Shown: positions 34,594 through 43,892 of the stretch, in pieces
Layout of the letters: each line of letters begins with the position of its first letter
How positions within the stretch are numbered: position 1 is the first letter of the stretch
DNA from: Anaerolineaceae bacterium
GTDB taxonomy: Bacteria; Chloroflexota; Anaerolineae; Anaerolineales; Anaerolineaceae
Assembly: GCA_035388405.1 (NCBI GenBank)
Contig: DAOOPV010000007.1
Coordinates: 63-64,062, forward strand
Length of the DNA stretch: 64,000 nt
Reading direction: 5' to 3'
Program-made: the position numbers and the translations under genes
Notes under the pieces: model-generated
Told to the model about the DNA's origin: nothing
The model's database searches: none
What the model saw: only the letters and a program-made list of their open reading frames with translations

Positions 34594-35637
34594 ATGGAAA
34601 CTATGAAAGCGCTTGTCTTTAAAGGTGTTGGAGATCTGGTTTTGGAGCAGGTACCGATCCCGCACGTGAAGGATCCGGATGATGTCGTAATAAAAATTTC
34701 AGCAGTCGGTATTTGCGGAAGTGACGTCAAAATTGTGGAGGGCAAGCATCATTTCAAGCCCAACACCATTCTTGGTCATGAATTTTGTGGTGAAGTTGTG
34801 GAAGTTGGAACCCATGTGCATCATGTGAAACTGGGCGACCGGGTTGCGGTGGATAACAACATTCGCTGCGGTTTCTGCGACTTCTGCCGCATGGGTCTCA
34901 CCAGCCAGTGCGTGGACATCAAAACCAGCGCGCTGGGAGTGATGCGCGACGGTGGCTACGCCGAATACTGCCTGGTCCCTGAAAAGCAGTGCTTTGTGCT
35001 GCCGGACGAAATTGACGACGTGCTTGGAACCCAGGTCGAAACCCTGGCAACCGTCGTCAACGGCATGAACACACTGCAAATGCTGCCTTACGACTACGTG
35101 ATGGTGATTGGCTTTGGTCCAATCGGCTACCTATTCTCGCAGTTCGCCAAGAACATTGCTGCCAAAGTGGCTGTTACCGAAATCGATCCTTTCCGCCGCG
35201 AACTCGCAAAGCGCTGCGGTCTGACGGTCTGGGACCCACAGGAAGTCGATGTGGTCGAAAAGATTACGGAGTTCACCTACGGCCGTAAAGCCGATATCGT
35301 GATTGAAGCCACCGGTAACGACCTGGCAACCGCTCTGAAGTGCGTCACCCCTGGCGGAAAAGTTCTGCCCTTCGGCATGGACTCCAGCATCACGACCACC
35401 GTGGTTCCGAACGAGATCACCCGTTGGGCTACCAAGATTCTCGGGCTTTACCTTGGTCAGAATACCATGGTTCCCTCCGTGCGCATCTTCCGTGAGAACC
35501 GCCTAGACATGGACAATTTCTTCACCAAGGTCATCAACCTGGAAGACGGCGTGGATGCCTTCAAGATGCTCGGTCTTGACGTGCCGACCCTTACACATGG
35601 ACCTAAGAGCGCGATGAAGATCGTCATGCGCCCATAA
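34594..35637 (+). CDS. Zinc-dependent medium-chain alcohol/polyol dehydrogenase
   Basis: GICGSDV, GHEFCGEVVEVG, and a structural-Zn Cys cluster CGFCDFCRMGLTSQC. Confidence 0.8.
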   Translation: METMKALVFKGVGDLVLEQVPIPHVKDPDDVVIKISAVGICGSDVKIVEGKHHFKPNTILGHEFCGEVVEVGTHVHHVKLGDRVAVDNNIRCGFCDFCRMGLTSQCVDIKTSALGVMRDGGYAEYCLVPEKQCFVLPDEIDDVLGTQVETLATVVNGMNTLQMLPYDYVMVIGFGPIGYLFSQFAKNIAAKVAVTEIDPFRRELAKRCGLTVWDPQEVDVVEKITEFTYGRKADIVIEATGNDLATALKCVTPGGKVLPFGMDSSITTTVVPNEITRWATKILGLYLGQNTMVPSVRIFRENRLDMDNFFTKVINLEDGVDAFKMLGLDVPTLTHGPKSAMKIVMRP

Positions 35638-35694
35638 ACACCTGGAGCAATTATTCTCTCCCCTTCCAACATGGAGGGGAGATGAAGGAAAACA

Positions 35695-36711
35695 ATGAAC
35701 CGAAAAATCAACTTTGCAGTAATCGGAACCGGGCGAATGGGCAGTGTGCACGTGGCGAATATCGTCAACAAGGTGCCAGAAGCCAATCTCGTTGCTGTGT
35801 GTGACATTCGCCTGGATGTCGCGCAGGCAGTCGCGGACCGATGGGGGATCACCAGGGTGGTGCAGGATTATCACGAATTGCTTGCGGATGAAACCATCGA
35901 AGCTGTCTTGATCGCCACCACCACCAGCACACATGCGGAAGTGATCAAGGATTGCGCCAAGGCGGGAAAACACATCTTTTGCGAGAAGCCAATCGCCCTG
36001 GATTTAGCACGCATAGATGAAGCGCTCGAGGCTGTCGAGCTTGCAGGAGTCAAACTGCAAGTAGGTTTCAACCGCCGCTTTGACAAAAACTTTCAGCGGG
36101 TAAAGGAAATCGTCCGTTCAGGCGAACTGGGAAGAACCTGCATGCTCAAGATCACCAACCGTGATCCTGAATTGCCCTCCAAGGAGTTTCTACGGGTTTC
36201 TGGTGGGCTGTTTCTTGATATGACCATCCACGACTTTGACATGGCTCAGTTCCAAATCGGTGAGATCACGGAGGTCTACGCCACCGGTTCAGTTCTGATC
36301 GACAGCGAGCTGGAAGAATTCGGAGATTTGGACACCGCGCTTATCACGTTGAGGTTTAAAGACGGCACCATCGGTTCGATAGATAACAGCCGCCAATCGG
36401 TTTATGGATACGACCAACGCCTGGAAGTTTTTTGCCTGGAGGGAACCGCCATGGCGGAAAATGAGAAAGAGAACATGGTGCTGAAAGGCAACCGCGAGGG
36501 CTTCCAGAGTTCGCGCGTGCCCAATTTCTTCATCCAACGTTACGCGCCCTGTTATGTTGATGAAGTTCGCCAGTTCCTGGTATCCGTGCGGGATGATTTG
36601 CCTACCTTGGTGACTGGGGAAGACGGTCGCAAAGCGGTAGTGATCGGCTACGCGGCATGGAAATCCTTCCACGAAAATCGCCCGGTGAAAATCAGCGAGA
36701 TCACCGGATGA
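35695..36711 (+). CDS. iolG: Gfo/Idh/MocA-family oxidoreductase, myo-inositol 2-dehydrogenase-like
   Basis: INFAVIGTGRMGSVH Rossmann motif and EKP motif (FCEKPIAL). The context with IolN/IolM/IolO-like genes fits. Confidence 0.6.
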   Translation: MNRKINFAVIGTGRMGSVHVANIVNKVPEANLVAVCDIRLDVAQAVADRWGITRVVQDYHELLADETIEAVLIATTTSTHAEVIKDCAKAGKHIFCEKPIALDLARIDEALEAVELAGVKLQVGFNRRFDKNFQRVKEIVRSGELGRTCMLKITNRDPELPSKEFLRVSGGLFLDMTIHDFDMAQFQIGEITEVYATGSVLIDSELEEFGDLDTALITLRFKDGTIGSIDNSRQSVYGYDQRLEVFCLEGTAMAENEKENMVLKGNREGFQSSRVPNFFIQRYAPCYVDEVRQFLVSVRDDLPTLVTGEDGRKAVVIGYAAWKSFHENRPVKISEITG

Positions 36712-36747
36712 AATTAATCATATTGTTTATTACACGAGGAGCATGAA

Positions 36748-37872
36748 ATGTCAGAAAAATTAGTACCTGAAGGTTATCTGGCCTCCAACCAACCAGATCT
36801 GTTTTTTGAGGATAATGCCGTCGGGCGGCTGAAGAAAGAAGTTTGGGAAGCCAGCGACGAGGAGATTGATGCCATTTTGGCAGATTACGGTGTTCCTTCA
36901 CCGGTGGAATGGGGAAAGCCTGGCTCTTACATTCAGACTACCACCCGCTGGCAGGTGGAAGAAAACCGTAAGAAGAACGACATCGTGTTCATCCCCGTCG
37001 GCTGCACTGAATTGCACGGTCAACACCTGCCAAGCGCGGCAGACACGCTCTACGTCAGCGCGATCTGCGAAGGTGTACGGCGCTTTACCGCCAAGCGCGG
37101 CGCGCCTGTAAATCTTGCTCTTCCTCCGTTGAACTACGGTGGTCATCCCTATCACCACCTGGGCATGCCCGGTACGGTCATCGTTCGCGAACACGTTGTG
37201 CGCGAAATGATGATCGATGTCATGCTGGGTTTGTGGAACGATGGTTTCCGCAAGCAGCTGATCGTCAACAATCATGGGCAGCTTTGGATGCTTGAATCGG
37301 CTGTACAAGAATTCCAGAAGCGTTATCAACTTCCAGGTATTTTTAGGGTGATTGACTGGCACCGTGGCGTACGCGAATTCTTCCGCCCAACAAATCGCGG
37401 TGGAGAAATGAGCACCAACTTCGTGCATGCCGATGAGTCCGAAACCTCCCTCAGTTTGCTGCTGCATCCTGAAATGGTGGACATGAACTACGCCGTGGAT
37501 ACCGAAGGCAAGAGCTACCTGCCTGAAGGTCACTATGACAAATCTGTGGATCCATTTGGACGCCCGAGCCGCTGGTCTGAAGGCGAAGGTCACTTCGCAA
37601 TCGAAATCGCCGCCACTCCTGAGGGCGTGGTTGGTAAGGCGAAGTCAGGCACTGCCCACAAGGGCAAACGCCCCATGGCTGCCATCCTGAAATACCTCAC
37701 TCTCTGGCATGATGATGTGCTTGAGGCTTTCCCAGCCGGCAAAGTGCCGCCCGTGGAAGAAGTGACACTGCGTACAGAAAAAGACATGGAACCCTACCTG
37801 CGCGAGCCTTTGAGCGAAGGATGGAAGCCTGTTTATGGAATCCCCCGCATTGGACAGGGAACGGAAGTTTAA
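36748..37872 (+). CDS. iolN: Creatininase-superfamily hydrolase, 3-dehydro-scyllo-inosose hydrolase (IolN)-like
   Basis: IVFIPVGCTELHGQHLPSAADT and HADESETS are creatininase-family metal-site blocks. The gene sits between iolG-like and iolM-like genes, as in the Thermotoga-type inositol cluster (from memory). Confidence 0.55.
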   Translation: MSEKLVPEGYLASNQPDLFFEDNAVGRLKKEVWEASDEEIDAILADYGVPSPVEWGKPGSYIQTTTRWQVEENRKKNDIVFIPVGCTELHGQHLPSAADTLYVSAICEGVRRFTAKRGAPVNLALPPLNYGGHPYHHLGMPGTVIVREHVVREMMIDVMLGLWNDGFRKQLIVNNHGQLWMLESAVQEFQKRYQLPGIFRVIDWHRGVREFFRPTNRGGEMSTNFVHADESETSLSLLLHPEMVDMNYAVDTEGKSYLPEGHYDKSVDPFGRPSRWSEGEGHFAIEIAATPEGVVGKAKSGTAHKGKRPMAAILKYLTLWHDDVLEAFPAGKVPPVEEVTLRTEKDMEPYLREPLSEGWKPVYGIPRIGQGTEV

Positions 37873-37902
37873 TTTTTTGGTAATTCGAAAAGGAGAAAAA
37901 AC

Positions 37903-39096
37903 ATGAACGGAAAAATGGAAGGCGTTACCCTCGTCGCGGATTGGGACCCCAAACCCGGTTTTAAACTCGGCGCGAAAGATATTGAAGGTCGTCAGACCTA
38001 TTTGGGAAGTCAGGTTTGGCGCAATCCCCGCCTTGAGATCCGGGAATTTGACATCCCGACTCCTGGTGATGACGAAGTACTGATCGAAGTCAAGGCTTGC
38101 GGCATCTGCGGTTCGGATGTGCATATGGCCCAGGCTGACAAAGATGGTTACATCTTTTATCCAGGTTTGACCGGTTTCCCCAGCATTTTAGGGCACGAGC
38201 TCTCCGGTGTGGTGGTTGACGCTGGCAAGAAGGCGTTCGACAAGCGCACAAACAAGCCCTTCAAGGGCGGGGAAGCAGTGACAACTGAAGAAATGCTGTG
38301 GTGCGCCCAGTGCAAGCCCTGCGCGGACGGATGGCCCAATCATTGCGAGCGTTTGGATGAGATTGGTTTCAACGTCAATGGCGCGTTCACCAAGTACATC
38401 GTGGTGCCTTCACGGACTATCTGGAGCCTGGAACCGCTGCGCAAGAATTACGCCGACAAAGACCTGTTTGTGGCAGGCAGCTTGGTGGAACCGACCTGTG
38501 TGGCCTACAACGCGGTGATCGAACGCGGTGGCGGCATCCGACCTGGAGACCGTGTGGTGGTTTTGGGCGGTGGACCAGTTGGTCTGGCAGCCTGCGCCAT
38601 CCTCAAACGTGCCGGCGCATCCCAGGTGATCATCTCCGAAACCCAGGAAGACAGGGCGCAAATGGCTCTGAAATTAGGCGCGGACTATCATGTGAACCCG
38701 CTGAAGGAAGATTTCGCGGATCGTGTTTTGGAGATCACGGGTGGAATGGGAGCTGACCTGTTTATGGAAGCAACCGGTTTACCTGAGGTGGTCTATCCTG
38801 GAATTGAGCGTGTGGTTTGGGAAGGCCGAACATTGAACAGCCGCATCGTCGTCACCGCCCGGGCAGAAGCAAAGATGCCAGTGGCTGGTGAGGTGCTGCA
38901 GGTTCGCCGGGCTCAAATCATCGGCGCCCAGGGTCACTCCGGGCATGGCACCTTCCCGCGGGTGATCGAATGCATGGCCACTGGAATGGACATGACCACG
39001 ATCAGCACCAAGAAGGTCACCCTCCACGAGGTTCCTGAGAATATTATCCGCCTCCAGACCGACCGGTCTGAGTGCAAGATTACCTACGTAGCATAA
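37903..39096 (+). CDS. iolM: Zinc-dependent dehydrogenase, scyllo-inosose 3-dehydrogenase (IolM)-like
   Basis: CGICGSDVHM and GHELSGVV, with an extended N-terminus ending VWRNPRLEIREFDIP. Assigned from context. Confidence 0.55.
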   Translation: MNGKMEGVTLVADWDPKPGFKLGAKDIEGRQTYLGSQVWRNPRLEIREFDIPTPGDDEVLIEVKACGICGSDVHMAQADKDGYIFYPGLTGFPSILGHELSGVVVDAGKKAFDKRTNKPFKGGEAVTTEEMLWCAQCKPCADGWPNHCERLDEIGFNVNGAFTKYIVVPSRTIWSLEPLRKNYADKDLFVAGSLVEPTCVAYNAVIERGGGIRPGDRVVVLGGGPVGLAACAILKRAGASQVIISETQEDRAQMALKLGADYHVNPLKEDFADRVLEITGGMGADLFMEATGLPEVVYPGIERVVWEGRTLNSRIVVTARAEAKMPVAGEVLQVRRAQIIGAQGHSGHGTFPRVIECMATGMDMTTISTKKVTLHEVPENIIRLQTDRSECKITYVA

Positions 39097-39107
39097 ATTC
39101 ACACAAT

Positions 39108-39138
39108 GGAGGTCAGCTGGTCTCACCAGCTGACCTCC
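39108..39138 (+). other. Perfect 13-bp intercistronic stem-loop between the iolM-like and iolO-like genes
   Basis: ggaggtcagctgg / tctca / ccagctgacctcc, read directly. No U tract follows. The next gene's RBS (GGAG at 39144-39147) lies 6 nt downstream. Confidence 0.6.
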
Positions 39139-39154
39139 GAACTGGAGTGATTTG

Positions 39155-40000
39155 ATGAAATTATCAGTAGTGCTTTCCACCCAACAAACCCAGTTTCAGG
39201 CGGCTTCTTTTTCCGGCTCCCTGGCAAAAAATATCGCCGACATTGCCGCATTGGGATACGACGGGGTTGAACTCGCCATCCGTGACCCAAAATTGGTGGA
39301 TGTGGATGCGCTGGAGGCTCTCACTCGGGAACATGGCTTGCGCGTTCCGGCGATTGGCACCGGTCAGGCGTGGAATGAGGAGAGACTCTCTTTCACGGAT
39401 CCCGATGAGTCGGTTCGCAGGGCTGCAATTGAGCGCGTAAAGGCGCATGTGCCGGTTGCCGCGCGTTTTAATGCCGTAATTATTATTGGATTACTACGAG
39501 GAATTATCAAACCCGGCGTTACGCAGCAACAAGGCATGGCTTGGGTTTGCGAAGCCCTGCAGGAATGCAGTCAGGCTGCCAAACCCCTTGGCGTCAGGCT
39601 CGCGCTGGAACCCATCAACCGCTACGAAACGACTCTGGTTAATTCTGTAGCAGAAGGCATGGCTCTGATTGACCGGGTTGGCGCGGAAAACTTTGGGCTG
39701 CTGCTGGACACTTTCCACATGAATATCGAAGAACCGGACATCCTCGAAAGCATCAGCACTTGCGGTGACTGGATCTTCCAATTCCATGTTGCCGACTCGA
39801 ACCGCTGGTATCCTGGGGCGGGGCATTTGGATTTCTCCGATATTCTTACAAGACTACATTCGACCGGTTACAAAGGGTTTGTTTCGGGGGAATTTATGCC
39901 CCTGCCAGATCCTCTCACAGCCGCTCGTGAAAACATCGCCCACTTGCGTGGGATTCTTTCCGATCCGGGACTTGGTTATAACCCCGGAACACACTTGTAG
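39155..40000 (+). CDS. iolO: Xylose-isomerase-like TIM-barrel epimerase, 5-keto-L-gluconate epimerase (IolO)-like
   Basis: LALEPINRYE, LLDTFHMNIEE, HVADSNR and SGEF are the TIM-barrel isomerase/epimerase metal-ligand pattern. ATG 39155 follows GGAG. Confidence 0.55.
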   Translation: MKLSVVLSTQQTQFQAASFSGSLAKNIADIAALGYDGVELAIRDPKLVDVDALEALTREHGLRVPAIGTGQAWNEERLSFTDPDESVRRAAIERVKAHVPVAARFNAVIIIGLLRGIIKPGVTQQQGMAWVCEALQECSQAAKPLGVRLALEPINRYETTLVNSVAEGMALIDRVGAENFGLLLDTFHMNIEEPDILESISTCGDWIFQFHVADSNRWYPGAGHLDFSDILTRLHSTGYKGFVSGEFMPLPDPLTAARENIAHLRGILSDPGLGYNPGTHL

Positions 40001-40030
40001 AAACCAACGCCTGAAAAGGAGCAAACAGCT

Positions 40031-41677
40031 ATGCACGAGATCTATTCGAAAACCGCGCCTGAGGTGGACATCTCTCAAGTGAAACACATTGAGGGATTTG
40101 AGACCATCCAGGCCGAGTATTCTGCATATCTCAGTGATGAATCCAAATTATCTGCCAAGCCATTCGACTACCTGTTCTTCCCGAAGACTGAGGTTGAACT
40201 TGCCGCGGTAGTGAAGTTTCTGAACCAGCAAAAAGTTCCTTTTACTGTTGCTGGTGCCCGCACTGGTCTGGTTGGGGGTTGCGTCCCGCAGGAGGGAGCC
40301 CTGATCTCACTCGAGTATCTGGATAAAATCCTCGATGTCTACCGGGACGAAACATCTGGCGAGTGGAGAATTAAAGCGCAGACAAGCGTCAGTCTCAAGA
40401 ACCTCGACAGCATGTTGAGGGTCAAACAGATACCCACGCTTGAACAAAGTTCGGATGAAGCGATTCGCAGGCACTACTCCGAATTCAGGGAGGATCCTGA
40501 CCAATACTTTTACCCTCCTGACCCGACTGAAATGAGCGCCTCTTTGGGCGGTTCCGTGGTCACGAACGCATCCGGCGCGAGAACCTATCGCTTTGGTCCA
40601 ACGCGCGCGTGGGTTCGGGGGATGCGCGTGTTTTTAGCAAATGGGGAATACCTGGATATTCCCAGGGGGAAATACTTTTCTTCACCGGGAGGACAATTCA
40701 TTGTCTATAATTCCAAGGGCGGTGCCACTCCTATCACTGTTCCGGATTACCCGCAACCTCGCACGAAAAGCACCACTGGTTTTTACGCTGCCCCGCAGAT
40801 GGACCTGATTGACCTGTTCATTGGCTCGGAAGGCGTGTTGGGAATTGTTACCAGCGTTGATGTTGCGCTACTCCGGCGCGAAGACAAAGTCTCGATCATC
40901 CAGTTTATGGATTCTGACGAACAGGCGGTCACTTTGGCAGACGCGTTGCGGTCTGAAGGACGCATTCAATTGGACTTTCTCGAGTTTTACTCAGGCAATG
41001 CCCTGGATTTGCTCCGGCGCTTGCAGCGCGAAGAACCCTCCACGGTTGGAATGCCACCGATCCCGGAAGACGCGCAGGCTGCCTTGTTTATCGAGATGAG
41101 TTTTGACCCTCACCAGGAAGATCTTGACTTCTCCATCCTCGAAGCTGTGATCAATAGCTGCGGTGGCAGCCTTGAGCGATCGTGGGCGGGTTACGAAAGC
41201 CGCGAATTGGATCGTTTTAAGGTCTTCCGGCACATGGTCCCGGAGACAATTAATGGGATCATTGCTGAAAGAAAGAAGCAATATCCCGGCATTCACAAAC
41301 TGGGCACGGACATGGCAGTTCCCGACGGACACATGCGCGAGATGTGGGATTTGTATCGATCGCGCTGCGAAGAACTGCAGCTGGAGTGGTGCGCCTTTGG
41401 GCACATCGGCAACAATCACATCCACGTCAATATCCTGCCCCGGAACCTGGAGGAACTGGAAAAAGGGATGCAGCTTTATGAAATATTCGCGCAAAGGGCT
41501 GTTGAACTGGGCGGTTCGGTCTCGGCGGAGCACGGTATCGGGAAGATCAAAGCTAAATTTCTGAAATACATGTTCACATCGGAGCAAATTGGTCAGATGC
41601 AGCGCGTCAAAAAAGCCCTGGATCCACAAGGTTTGTTGAATCCCAACGACATTTTTTCTGTCGAGGTGACCGCATGA
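40031..41677 (+). CDS. FAD-binding (PCMH-type, GlcD/D-lactate-dehydrogenase-like) oxidoreductase
   Basis: 548 aa. The FAD-binding block is VAGARTGLVGG and the C-terminus has GGSVSAEHGIGKIK. Its stop overlaps the etfB start (ATGA at 41674-41677). Confidence 0.75.
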   Translation: MHEIYSKTAPEVDISQVKHIEGFETIQAEYSAYLSDESKLSAKPFDYLFFPKTEVELAAVVKFLNQQKVPFTVAGARTGLVGGCVPQEGALISLEYLDKILDVYRDETSGEWRIKAQTSVSLKNLDSMLRVKQIPTLEQSSDEAIRRHYSEFREDPDQYFYPPDPTEMSASLGGSVVTNASGARTYRFGPTRAWVRGMRVFLANGEYLDIPRGKYFSSPGGQFIVYNSKGGATPITVPDYPQPRTKSTTGFYAAPQMDLIDLFIGSEGVLGIVTSVDVALLRREDKVSIIQFMDSDEQAVTLADALRSEGRIQLDFLEFYSGNALDLLRRLQREEPSTVGMPPIPEDAQAALFIEMSFDPHQEDLDFSILEAVINSCGGSLERSWAGYESRELDRFKVFRHMVPETINGIIAERKKQYPGIHKLGTDMAVPDGHMREMWDLYRSRCEELQLEWCAFGHIGNNHIHVNILPRNLEELEKGMQLYEIFAQRAVELGGSVSAEHGIGKIKAKFLKYMFTSEQIGQMQRVKKALDPQGLLNPNDIFSVEVTA

Positions 41678-42474
41678 AGATCGTTGTGTGTGTAAAGCAA
41701 GTCCCCGAAGTTACCAACGTCCAGGTGGACCCGAAAACCGGCACTCTGATCCGCGAGGGTGTGAAGTCCATTTTGAACCCATTCTGCGAGTATGCGCTCG
41801 ATCACGCAGTTCGGATTAAGAATTCCGTGCCCGATGTCTCGATTACGGTAGTCACAATGGGTCCTCCGCAGGCAAAAGACGTCCTGATCAGGAGCCTCGA
41901 GTTAGGCGCGGATGAGGGCATCTTGATCACGGACCGTAAATTTGCCGGGGCAGATACCTGGGCTACCTCACTCACCCTGGCAGAAGCGATCAGGACTGTG
42001 GTTCCAGATTACGAACTGGTGCTGGTGGGCAAGCAGGCTATCGATGGTGACACCGCCCAGGTTGGTCCGGAAATCGCTGAGATACTCGGTTTGCCGCAGA
42101 TCACCTACGGAGTGGAAGTTGCACTCACGAGTACCCGAAGGCAAGTGAGAGTAACGCAGGAAGTTGAAAAAGGCTACGAGGTTATAGAAGCCAGTTTGCC
42201 AGCTTTGGTTACCTGCAGCAAGGGTGAGGTCGTAAGGCGCGCGCCGTCGTTTAAGGATGTCATCAATGCCCGGAATAAACGAATCAGGGTCGTGAGCGCA
42301 AATGATCTGCACCTGCCAGAAGAACAGTTGGGCTTGCAAGGCTCGTACACGCAGGTCGTGAAGGTTTTCCCACCGCCAGCGAAGAAGTCGAACCTGCTGC
42401 TGCAAAACCTGGAAGCAGCGGACGCCGCGAAGGAAATATTTGGGTTTTTGAAAGAAAAACGGTTTGTTGAGTGA
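41674..42474 (+). CDS. etfB: Electron transfer flavoprotein, beta subunit
   Basis: The classic N-terminus MKIVVCVKQVPE and GKQAIDGDTAQVGP. Confidence 0.9.
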   Translation: MKIVVCVKQVPEVTNVQVDPKTGTLIREGVKSILNPFCEYALDHAVRIKNSVPDVSITVVTMGPPQAKDVLIRSLELGADEGILITDRKFAGADTWATSLTLAEAIRTVVPDYELVLVGKQAIDGDTAQVGPEIAEILGLPQITYGVEVALTSTRRQVRVTQEVEKGYEVIEASLPALVTCSKGEVVRRAPSFKDVINARNKRIRVVSANDLHLPEEQLGLQGSYTQVVKVFPPPAKKSNLLLQNLEAADAAKEIFGFLKEKRFVE

Positions 42475-42526
42475 TCGCAATGGGAACGAGCAAACAGACT
42501 ACTGATAGGAATGGACGCAAGCGATT

Positions 42527-43729
42527 ATGTTGAACATTGACCACGAAAAATGTACCCGCTGCAAGGTGTGTATTCGGAATTGTCCTTTCGGGGCATTGAG
42601 CCTTGTGGGAGGTTCTCTGCATGTTAATGAGCTTTGCACCCTATGCGGTGCTTGTGTGAATGTCTGCCGCTTCGATGCCCTGAGCATTGAACGAAAAAAG
42701 GCCTCCCCGGAAGAATTAGCGCGCTACAAGGGCGTATTCGTCTGGGCTGAACAGGATGAAGAAACCTCGCCCCGCAAGCCGCGAAAAGTCGTGCTGGAAT
42801 TACTGGGAAAAGGCCGGGAATTGGCTGATAAGCTCGGGGAGGAACTGGTTGCCGTCGTATTGGCGGGTCCTGGTGAGGTGGATACTGAGGTTTACGGAGA
42901 GAATGGCGCGGACAAGGTGATTGTCTGCCGGCATGAGTTGTTGGATACGTACTCCACGGATGGTTTCACCAACGTCATGTGCGCCGTGATCACCAGCAAA
43001 AAGCCGGCGGTGGTCCTCTATGGAGCCACACCCCACGGACGGGACTTTGCGCCGCGGGTGGCAGCCCGTCTTCACCTGGGGTTGACGGCGGACTGTACCG
43101 GGCTTGAGATCAACGCCGACGGGCAGCTGGTTCAGACCCGCCCGGCATTTGGCGGGAATATCATGGCATCCATTATCACGCCCTTCAACCGTCCACAAAC
43201 TTCTACAGTCCGTCCAAATGTTTTCCCTGTTCCTGGCAAATATATCGGCTCATCGATAGTGGAGGAAATTTTCCCGGTCACGCTCAACCGTGCCGCAATT
43301 CGCACCCGGGTGGTGGAAAGGCGCTACCTGGACAAGGAAAGCGGTGTAAGCATCGAAGACGCGCGCGTGATCGTCGCGGGCGGCAGGGGTTGCCAGAAGG
43401 CTGCGAACCTAGAACTCCTGCAGGAGCTGGCGCAAAAATTGGGAGGCGTGATGGCTGGCTCGCGCGCCATCGTGGAGCAGGGTTGGATCCCGCACACCCG
43501 CCAGGTGGGGCAGTCTGGCACGACGGTTGGCCCGGAATTGTACATTGCGGCGGGCATCAGCGGCGCAATCCAACATGTGGTTGGAATGAGCTCATCCAAG
43601 ACGGTCATCGCGATCAACAAAGACCCCGAAGCTGCAATTTTTAAGACTGCTGATTTGGGTGTCGTTGGAGATGCGGTCGAGATTATCCCGCTTCTTGCTG
43701 CAATGATAGAGGAGAAAGCGTCCTCGTAA
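42527..43729 (+). CDS. etfA: Electron transfer flavoprotein alpha subunit with an N-terminal 2x[4Fe-4S] ferredoxin domain
   Basis: CTRCKVCIRNCP and CTLCGACVNVCR are the cluster motifs. An EtfA core follows, ending PELYIAAGISGAIQH. Confidence 0.85.
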   Translation: MLNIDHEKCTRCKVCIRNCPFGALSLVGGSLHVNELCTLCGACVNVCRFDALSIERKKASPEELARYKGVFVWAEQDEETSPRKPRKVVLELLGKGRELADKLGEELVAVVLAGPGEVDTEVYGENGADKVIVCRHELLDTYSTDGFTNVMCAVITSKKPAVVLYGATPHGRDFAPRVAARLHLGLTADCTGLEINADGQLVQTRPAFGGNIMASIITPFNRPQTSTVRPNVFPVPGKYIGSSIVEEIFPVTLNRAAIRTRVVERRYLDKESGVSIEDARVIVAGGRGCQKAANLELLQELAQKLGGVMAGSRAIVEQGWIPHTRQVGQSGTTVGPELYIAAGISGAIQHVVGMSSSKTVIAINKDPEAAIFKTADLGVVGDAVEIIPLLAAMIEEKASS

Positions 43730-43892
43730 GTGTCTTTGTTATTCCTTTAAGTCAAAAGAACTGAAACGCGAGTGTTTCGATAGGGCAATGCTTAGATAGC
43801 TTTGTGGATGTGCGGTGGAGGGCACACACAAATATATTGACACAGAACGATCCGTATCCGGTTTGCTGCCTGCCACCTGTTTGAGGGTACTG

